From: Candidatus Saccharimonadota bacterium
Lineage (GTDB): Archaea; Nanobdellota; Nanobdellia; Pacearchaeales; GW2011-AR1
DNA: 32,000 nt
Assembly (NCBI GenBank): GCA_041659445.1
Contig: JBAZYG010000001.1
Location: 454,530 to 486,529 of the forward strand
Reading direction: 5' to 3'
The first letter of the stretch is position 1; each line of letters starts with the position of its first letter. Shown in pieces: positions 25,132-31,058 of this stretch. Under the pieces are notes generated by a model that saw only the letters and a program-made list of their open reading frames with translations, was not told where the DNA came from and searched no databases. Made by a program: the position numbers and the translations under genes.

Positions 25132-25959
25132 ATGGTAGTAAAAAAAACAGAAGTTCAAGATAAAGATTCAAGCAAAAAACAAAAAATAAAAACAACACCT
25201 GAAGAAGAAATTAAAGGCAAGGCTTTAATGAGAGTTGCAGAGGAAGAATCTTTGGAAACAGAAAACTTTGAAAAAAAGAAAAAAGAATTATTAGAAAAAG
25301 CAAAAAAGCTTAAAGAAAAAATTGATGTTGCAAGCACTGAATCTTTAAAAGAAGAAATAAAAGCTTCTAAGAAAAAAGATATGCTCGTGCCTTTAGAAGA
25401 TTATGTCAAAACAGGAATTTATCTTGGAACAAAAGTTGTTACACCTGATATGAAACCATTTGTTTATAGAAGAAGAGCTGATGGATTGGCAATTTTCAAT
25501 ACTGATTTAATTGATGAAAAAATAAAAGAAGCAATTGAATTTCTTTCAAAGTTTAATCCAGAAGAAACAGTTTTAGTTTGTAAAAGAGAAGCTGGATGGA
25601 AAGCTGCAAAAAAATTCAGTGAATTGACTGGAATAAGAGTTTTCACAAAAAAATATCCTGCTGGAATTTTAACAAATATTAGATTAGAAGATTTTTTTGA
25701 AAATGAATTAACAATTGTAACAGATTCGTGGCTTGATAAAAATGCATTAAAAGATACTTTGGACGTCAAGAAAAAAGTTTTAATGATATGCGGAACAAAT
25801 AATTTTTCAAAAGGTGCAAGTCAAATTATAATTGGAAACAACAAAAGCGGAAAAAGCTTGGGAATAATTTTTTATCTTTTAGCAAGAGGCTATTGTAAAG
25901 CAAAAGGAATCAAAGCAAATATTCCAGAATTAGATTGGTGGATTGAAGGCAGTGATTAA
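25132..25959 (+). CDS. rps2: Ribosomal protein uS2 with a ~75-aa K/E-rich N-terminal extension
   Basis: LVPLEDYVKTGIYLGTKVVTPDMKPFVYRRRADGLAIFNTDLIDEKIKEAIEFL matches the archaeal S2 core (LLvp.eeYl.aGvHiGt...m..fiy..R.DGl.v.d). Confidence 0.88.
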   Translation: MVVKKTEVQDKDSSKKQKIKTTPEEEIKGKALMRVAEEESLETENFEKKKKELLEKAKKLKEKIDVASTESLKEEIKASKKKDMLVPLEDYVKTGIYLGTKVVTPDMKPFVYRRRADGLAIFNTDLIDEKIKEAIEFLSKFNPEETVLVCKREAGWKAAKKFSELTGIRVFTKKYPAGILTNIRLEDFFENELTIVTDSWLDKNALKDTLDVKKKVLMICGTNNFSKGASQIIIGNNKSGKSLGIIFYLLARGYCKAKGIKANIPELDWWIEGSD

Positions 25960-26010
25960 ATATTTCTGACTATAATAATATTTAAAAAGGAATAATACAA
26001 TTGAAAAAAC

Positions 26011-26478
26011 ATGACAAATAAAACAGAACTCAAAAGTTTTGAAATGAGTGAAGAAGATTTTTTAGGTTTACATAAAAAGTTTCCGAATTTAAGTGCAATT
26101 TATAATAAAGAATATTTCATAGCTTATTCTTTAAATAACCACCTGATAATATGGGACGATGGAAGAGTATATACATATTCTAATGAAATATTAGAAGCAT
26201 TTAAAGAATTAAATCCAAAAACTTATTCAGAAAGGTTACTTGAAAAATATAAAATTGAAGAACAAAAAGAATATCAAAAAACAATTTCTGAAACAGACAA
26301 AGAAGGAATAAACAATGCATTAAGTCCAATAAAAAATTATTTTGCAATGCTAAAAAGATATAATGAATGTTCTAAAGATGATGCAAAATTAGAAAAAATT
26401 AAAAAACATTTAGATAATAGCGTGGAAATAGCTATTTCTTCTTTAAATAGAATTGAAAAAATTTTAAGAAATAAATAA
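26011..26478 (+). CDS. Hypothetical 155-aa protein (first gene of a coupled pair)
   Basis: ATG ORF with normal composition and a TAA-A-ATG junction to the next ORF. No family recognised. Confidence 0.55.
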   Translation: MTNKTELKSFEMSEEDFLGLHKKFPNLSAIYNKEYFIAYSLNNHLIIWDDGRVYTYSNEILEAFKELNPKTYSERLLEKYKIEEQKEYQKTISETDKEGINNALSPIKNYFAMLKRYNECSKDDAKLEKIKKHLDNSVEIAISSLNRIEKILRNK

Positions 26479-26479
26479 A

Positions 26480-26911
26480 ATGGGATTTATAAATGCAAAA
26501 GTTTATCCAGAATTGAAAGGAAAAGTTTATCTTCATAGTTCTGGAAAAGAAAATTATCCAACTGAAAATGATTCTCTTCATTATTTGATGAATTGTATTG
26601 CGAATAATCGAAAAGAAGTTGAAAAAGGAGATTATTTTATATCAATACTTTGGAGTAATTCAAAAAAAGAAAAACTTATGGATTTTTTTAGATATTCTGG
26701 AGTTAAAGAAAATTGGGAAAGCAATCCAGATATTTCTCCGTGGGTTGTAAATAATGGAATTTGGAGAAAAAATCAGAGTATAACTTGTGGAGATGGAATA
26801 ATTTTGTTAGGAAGAGAAGAAGAATATCGAAGATGCACAAAAAACCTTAATGAATATTTATCTCAAATAATTAGTTTGGAAAATCTTAAAGATTTAACTG
26901 AATTTATTTAA
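26480..26911 (+). CDS. Hypothetical 143-aa protein (second gene of the pair)
   Basis: Coupled 1 nt after ORF 26011. No family recognised. Confidence 0.55.
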   Translation: MGFINAKVYPELKGKVYLHSSGKENYPTENDSLHYLMNCIANNRKEVEKGDYFISILWSNSKKEKLMDFFRYSGVKENWESNPDISPWVVNNGIWRKNQSITCGDGIILLGREEEYRRCTKNLNEYLSQIISLENLKDLTEFI

Positions 26912-27146
26912 CTAGAATCTCTAAAACTTTTCCAGCAATTTCTTGTGACTCAATTATTCCTTTTGCAAATAAAAATGCTCCTGCACATCCTGTAATTGTA
27001 TTATATAATGGAATTGCTACACTAAAAAATTTATTTTTTGATTCAGAATAATTTGGATCTTCTTTAAATGGAAGATTAATTACAGAAGGAGTTATATTAA
27101 AAATTGGAACAAGATATATCCCATGAAATTTATAATTTTTTTCCAT
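26904..27146 (-). CDS. Hypothetical 80-aa protein with a Gly-rich hydrophobic C-terminal segment
   Basis: FFSVAIPLYNTITGCAGAFLFAKGIIE. The layout resembles the adjacent ORF 27156. Confidence 0.45.
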   Translation of the reverse strand: MEKNYKFHGIYLVPIFNITPSVINLPFKEDPNYSESKNKFFSVAIPLYNTITGCAGAFLFAKGIIESQEIAGKVLEILVK

Positions 27147-27155
27147 TTTTTATTT

Positions 27156-27419
27156 TTATTTAATTAAATTTTCTAAATTTCCATGAGTTAATTCATTAAT
27201 ACCCAAAATTATTCCTGTTCCAGTAAATGCAAATAATTCTAAATTATAAAAACCTAAAACAACCTTATTTCTCATATCTTTTAATTCATCTTTCCAATTA
27301 AAACCATCAAATAATTTTAATGTAGGACTAGGATTTTCTTTAAGATATTTATGTAAACCAACAAAAGGAATAAAATATTTTCTTTTTAGATTATAATCTA
27401 GTTTTAATTCTTCTCCCAT
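27156..27419 (-). CDS. Hypothetical 87-aa protein with a Gly-rich hydrophobic C-terminal segment
   Basis: VVLGFYNLELFAFTGTGIILGINELTHG. It lies 9 nt upstream of ORF 26904 on the same strand. Confidence 0.45.
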   Translation of the reverse strand: MGEELKLDYNLKRKYFIPFVGLHKYLKENPSPTLKLFDGFNWKDELKDMRNKVVLGFYNLELFAFTGTGIILGINELTHGNLENLIK

Positions 27420-27443
27420 AATTAAATGACAAATAGATTATTT

Positions 27444-27707
27444 TTAAAGATTTATATTCTGAATTATTCCTGCATATAAGTCTATCATTTGTGTAGTATA
27501 ATCTTTTCCCTCATGGGTTACTGAACTTATGTATTCTTTAGAATGTCTAGATTCAACATTAGATTCTACTACTTTGTCTAACAAATAAGGTTTTTCTGAG
27601 AATAGATTATAAAATTCATTGCTATAATGAGGACCTTGTCCACCAGTATACATAATCATTTCATTTATCTTTTTACAGAAATTTTTTAATCTTGAAGTTA
27701 AAGACAT
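27444..27707 (-). CDS. Hypothetical 87-aa protein
   Basis: ATG ORF, co-oriented with the two ORFs downstream of it. No family recognised. Confidence 0.45.
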   Translation of the reverse strand: MSLTSRLKNFCKKINEMIMYTGGQGPHYSNEFYNLFSEKPYLLDKVVESNVESRHSKEYISSVTHEGKDYTTQMIDLYAGIIQNINL

Positions 27708-27758
27708 AATAAATTTAGATATAACTTGTTTAAATATTTAATTATATTTTAAAACAAT

Positions 27759-27786
27759 TATATTTTAGAACAATTATTTTTATAAA
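27759..27786 (+). promoter_or_regulatory. Repeated promoter/operator element, copy 1 (28 nt, identical to 29189-29216)
   Basis: tatattttagaacaattatttttataaa ends exactly 22 nt before the ATG at 27808. Confidence 0.7.
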
Positions 27787-27807
27787 GCTTCTAAATATTA
27801 AACAAAT

Positions 27808-27999
27808 ATGAAAAAGAGTATTGACAAAAAACTGATAAAAAACTCAAATCAACAGCTTAAAGATCTTATGGATGATGACATTCCCACAGTTAAAAATTAC
27901 AAAACAATAAAAGAATTGGAAGAAAGAAGTGGAAGAGGATATTGGGGAAATGCCACAACAGGATATATTTATGATGAACAATATAAAGATGTCCCTTAA
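27808..27999 (+). CDS. Hypothetical 63-aa protein
   Basis: ORF placed 22 nt after the repeated TATA-containing element. No family recognised. Confidence 0.5.
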   Translation: MKKSIDKKLIKNSNQQLKDLMDDDIPTVKNYKTIKELEERSGRGYWGNATTGYIYDEQYKDVP

Positions 28000-28035
28000 T
28001 TAATCTAATTTAAAAATATTAGTTCAAACTATCTA

Positions 28036-28059
28036 TTCTAGGACAATAATATTTATAAT
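28036..28059 (+). promoter_or_regulatory. Repeated promoter/operator element, degenerate copy (19/24 identical)
   Basis: ttctaggacaataatatttataat compares with ttttagaacaattatttttataaa. It also ends exactly 22 nt before its ATG (28081). Confidence 0.55.
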
Positions 28060-28080
28060 GGGTTTGTCTATGAATAAATT

Positions 28081-28326
28081 ATGGAATTTACTTTTGAGTA
28101 CAGTAAAGGAAAAACAAAAGTGTACCATGGAATTGGTGAGAAAAAAGAAAAAATTTCAATTAAAGCTTTAGGTTGGGATACCTCTTCTGATGTTTCTGTT
28201 GCTGTAAAAGAAATGTATGAAACTTTTAATTCAAGAATGATTACCAATTCTAAAGAACCATGTAATAAAAACAGAAACTTAATAGCAAAACTTACTTTAG
28301 AAATAAATGCTACTTTAAAAAAATAA
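28081..28326 (+). CDS. Hypothetical 81-aa protein
   Basis: Preferred over the antisense ORF 28068-28361 because of the correctly spaced promoter element and non-shadow composition. Confidence 0.5.
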   Translation: MEFTFEYSKGKTKVYHGIGEKKEKISIKALGWDTSSDVSVAVKEMYETFNSRMITNSKEPCNKNRNLIAKLTLEINATLKK

Positions 28327-28344
28327 GTCAAATATAAAAAAATT

Positions 28345-28635
28345 ATGGTTAAAGTTATCAAAACAAAAGACAGAACTTTAGAAGTAAAACTTTTTAATGA
28401 GGGGATGATTGAGATAGAATCTCCTCAATTAAAAAATGTTTCTATTGAAATTAGAAAAGTAGATCCAACAGACCCTTCATACGGAATTCCAGATTCACTT
28501 TATCAAATACAAATATATCAATCTGAAGAAAAAGGAAAATCACTTCAGCCAGGATTGGTTTGGATACTTTCTGATGGCTCAATTATAAAAGCAGGTGATG
28601 AATATAGAAATCACATGGAAAAGTATAAAAAATAA
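28345..28635 (+). CDS. Hypothetical 96-aa protein
   Basis: ATG ORF 18 nt after ORF 28081 on the same strand. No family recognised. Confidence 0.5.
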   Translation: MVKVIKTKDRTLEVKLFNEGMIEIESPQLKNVSIEIRKVDPTDPSYGIPDSLYQIQIYQSEEKGKSLQPGLVWILSDGSIIKAGDEYRNHMEKYKK

Positions 28636-28803
28636 ATCAAAAATTAAAAAATTCTAATCGCTTCGAAATTGCTTCTCGCAAATTTCTCCGCTTAAATTAT
28701 TGTTAATGAAATAAATATATTAACTGAAAATTGATTGCCTTTTAATAATATTTTTTAAGCGAAAAACATGACGAAGTCTGTTTTGAGTTTGCTTTAAATT
28801 TTT

Positions 28804-29187
28804 TTAATCTAGTTTAAAAAAAAGCCAATTTTTTTCAGGATTTATTCCATAATCTGTTTTTATTAAAACATGCTTTCCTAAAAGTTTTTTTCCTTTGAAT
28901 TCAATTTCAATTTTTTTTGGAGTTTTTTCAATTAATTTAAAAGTTCCTTTATCCCAAATTTTTACTAAACCAGCGCCGTAATGTCCTTCTGGAATTTCTC
29001 CTTCAAAATTAATATAAGAAAGTTTGTGATCTTCAACTTGAATTGCTAATCTTTTAATTCCAGATTCTTTTGGAAGTTCTTTTGGAATTGCCCATGATTT
29101 TAAAACTCCGTTGATTTCCAAACGCAAATCCCAATGCAAATGACTTGCATGATGCTCGTGAACAACAAACCTACTCTCTTTTATCAT
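28804..29187 (-). CDS. Stand-alone LigD-type 3'-phosphoesterase (PE) domain protein
   Basis: FVVHEHHASHLHWDLRLE...WAIPKELP...QVEDHKLSYINFEGEIPEGHYGAGLVKIWDKGTF reproduces the PE-domain His/Asp/Arg/Tyr pattern (HdA.rLHyDlRLE, vEDHPl.Y..FEG.IP.g.YGaG.v..WD.G). Confidence 0.85.
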   Translation of the reverse strand: MIKESRFVVHEHHASHLHWDLRLEINGVLKSWAIPKELPKESGIKRLAIQVEDHKLSYINFEGEIPEGHYGAGLVKIWDKGTFKLIEKTPKKIEIEFKGKKLLGKHVLIKTDYGINPEKNWLFFKLD

Positions 29188-29188
29188 A

Positions 29189-29216
29189 TATATTTTAGAA
29201 CAATTATTTTTATAAA
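29189..29216. promoter_or_regulatory. Repeated promoter/operator element, copy 2; its TATA box sits midway between two divergent ATGs
   Basis: Identical 28-mer, ending 22 nt before the ATG at 29238. The near-palindromic tttttataaa (29207-29216) is also about 24 nt from the minus-strand ATG at 29187. Confidence 0.7.
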
Positions 29217-29237
29217 CATTGATATTAATAAAAAACT

Positions 29238-29489
29238 ATGGAAAAAAAAATAAGATATTATGATATAATTCTTAATTTAAAAGGTGAACAAGAACATTTA
29301 TACATTCAAGTTCAAGAAGATAAAACAATTTGTGTTTCTAAAAGTTCAACAGATAAGATAAAAGCAATTCCTACTTCAAAAGAAATTACAAACAGAGAAT
29401 ATGTTGAAGCATTAAATAATATGACTGAAGGTCGTAGTGAATTTAAACCTTTTAATTTAGAATCACGAATAGATAAGATGAAAGAATAA
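29238..29489 (+). CDS. Hypothetical 83-aa protein
   Basis: Correctly spaced after the repeated element and preferred over the antisense ORF 29312-29530. Confidence 0.5.
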   Translation: MEKKIRYYDIILNLKGEQEHLYIQVQEDKTICVSKSSTDKIKAIPTSKEITNREYVEALNNMTEGRSEFKPFNLESRIDKMKE

Positions 29490-29732
29490 TTAATTTTCTG
29501 TTTTTTCTTCTTGTGGATTTTCTTTTTCAATTTTTAATCCACACATTGGACAAAAATACCATTCTTTTTCCAAAATCATTTGACATTGTTTGCATTGCAG
29601 AACAATTTCTTTTTCCTCGATAACAGGAACATAACCATCACGTCCAGATAAAATTTTCCCTAATGCAGAAGCAAAACTTTTATTCTGTTGAAGTTCTTGC
29701 ATTCTCTTTTGAATATATGTTGCATCTGCCAT
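29490..29732 (-). CDS. Small zinc-ribbon protein (80 aa)
   Basis: CKQC-x13-CPMC is a classic four-Cys ribbon at the C-terminus. Confidence 0.6.
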   Translation of the reverse strand: MADATYIQKRMQELQQNKSFASALGKILSGRDGYVPVIEEKEIVLQCKQCQMILEKEWYFCPMCGLKIEKENPQEEKTEN

Positions 29733-29832
29733 AATGAAGATAAAATAATTTGTATTTTAAAAGTTTTGCGGATGAAAAATTTTACTTAAAAATAAAATTA
29801 TTTTTAACGTGTAGTCTCTGAGGATTCTAGAA

Positions 29833-30072
29833 TTATTCTTTACAAGTCAAAGAGATATAAGAAATAGAATCTCTCGGAATAAAATAAATTTTTCCTTGTG
29901 AGTTTTTTTCGCACACTAGTTTAAGCTCTTCTGTTCCTGCTAAATATTTTGTTATATCTTCCTCATTTTTTAAGGGGGGATATGTAGGAGCTATTGTAAC
30001 TCCTTTGATTTCTAATTCTAATTTTTCTCCATCCTTTAGCTTTATTTCTAATTTGTTAAATTCAGTTTCCAT
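29833..30072 (-). CDS. Hypothetical 79-aa beta-rich protein
   Basis: ATG ORF. No family recognised. Confidence 0.45.
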   Translation of the reverse strand: METEFNKLEIKLKDGEKLELEIKGVTIAPTYPPLKNEEDITKYLAGTEELKLVCEKNSQGKIYFIPRDSISYISLTCKE

Positions 30073-30145
30073 AGTTTTTTATTTTATTCAATATATTTAA
30101 ATCTTTCGTTTTGTTGTAATTTTAAAAAAGTAACGTGAACAAAAG

Positions 30146-30155
30146 ATTTATAAAT
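30146..30155 (+). promoter_or_regulatory. Candidate TATA box for ORF pair 30176/30429, preceded by GAACAA as in the repeated element
   Basis: atttataaat is centred 25 nt upstream of the ATG at 30176. GAACAA at 30137-30142 lies 12 nt before TATAAA, versus 13 nt in the 28-mer. Confidence 0.4.
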
Positions 30156-30175
30156 ATTAAAATGAGAACAAAGTT

Positions 30176-30427
30176 ATGGAAAATAAAGAATCTTATACAC
30201 CTGAAGAAGTTGAACAAGCACAAATAGAAGCCGTTGAAGCAATTATTAGATATCGTTCTGCAATTTTTAGTTATAAAGTTAAAAAAGAAAAGAATTTGGA
30301 AATATTTAATAATGATAAAAGGAGTTTAGAAGAGGTTAAAAAAGAAGTGAATGATTCAGTTGAAAAATGTAATCAAAAACTTCCAAAATCATTAATAGAT
30401 AAATTTGAAATAAAAAAAATTAAATAA
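30176..30427 (+). CDS. Hypothetical 83-aa helical protein
   Basis: ATG ORF with a TAA-A-ATG junction to the next ORF. Confidence 0.5.
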   Translation: MENKESYTPEEVEQAQIEAVEAIIRYRSAIFSYKVKKEKNLEIFNNDKRSLEEVKKEVNDSVEKCNQKLPKSLIDKFEIKKIK

Positions 30428-30428
30428 A

Positions 30429-30668
30429 ATGGAACAAATTATTTATAATGGATCATTAGAAGAACTAAATTCCCTAGATAAAAATTCACAATACAAAATT
30501 GTAAGCCATTATTTTAGAACTAACGGATATAATATTACAAGAATTTTATTTGGTCTTGAAAATGAACTTAAAGAAGCAAATCTTGATGGTTTAGTTAATG
30601 CAAGAACATTTGAAGCAACTAACTTTACTTTTGTGGAAGGAACACCCATTAAAAGAATAGAAAAATAA
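30429..30668 (+). CDS. Hypothetical 79-aa protein
   Basis: Coupled 1 nt after ORF 30176. Confidence 0.5.
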   Translation: MEQIIYNGSLEELNSLDKNSQYKIVSHYFRTNGYNITRILFGLENELKEANLDGLVNARTFEATNFTFVEGTPIKRIEK

Positions 30669-30765
30669 TTCTAAAAATTAAATTAATTATTTTTTCGTCG
30701 ATAAAATTTTAAATTCATTTTTCCCTCATAAAAAATTAATTTTCTCAACGAAAAAATCAACGAAA

Positions 30766-30776
30766 CATTTATAAAC
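30766..30776 (+). promoter_or_regulatory. Candidate rRNA operon TATA box
   Basis: catttataaac lies about 290 nt upstream of the mature 16S 5' end and is flanked by three AACGAA motifs. A second TATA-like ttttatattt occurs near 30896-30905. Confidence 0.35.
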
Positions 30777-31058
30777 GAAGTATTTTTGTGATATTGATTA
30801 ATTAAGATGAGTGCCTTAAGAAAATTCACATATTCAGAATTTAAGGTATGATGTATGTAGAATTGACTTAGTTAACTCATCATTTTTCTTCACAATATTT
30901 TATATTTAGAAAAATTATGAGAATGTTACAGTTGGAGTTTTCAGCCAATAGAAGGAGTTTGTGTGAAGTGGTTTGTTTTTCTTACAAATGACAAACTGCG
31001 CAATTGATTTTCGTTATTAATTAATAAAAAACCGACGAGAATATGAAATTGTTTTTAA

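Noticed and set aside
19413-25769. Minus-strand ORFs 19413-19841, 21097-21537, 21920-22240, 22685-23101, 23050-23244, 23270-23617, 25155-25337 and 25464-25769. The same applies to 6810-7007, 8243-8425, 10012-10242, 11904-12107, 17282-17512 and 18429-18635.
   Set aside because: All lie antisense to well-supported conserved genes and translate to S/F/L/I-rich low-complexity strings.
28068-28361. 97-aa hydrophobic minus-strand ORF overlapping ORF 28081-28326. Likewise 29312-29530 overlaps ORF 29238-29489.
   Set aside because: The plus-strand ORFs sit exactly 22 nt after copies of the repeated promoter element. The minus-strand versions look like shadows. Confidence in this choice is only moderate.
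28700-28735. Possible C/D-box sRNA (aatgaaa ... ctga) in the 28636-28803 spacer.
   Set aside because: There is no proper RUGAUGA C box, no second C'/D' pair and no terminal stem. Only a single CTGA is present.
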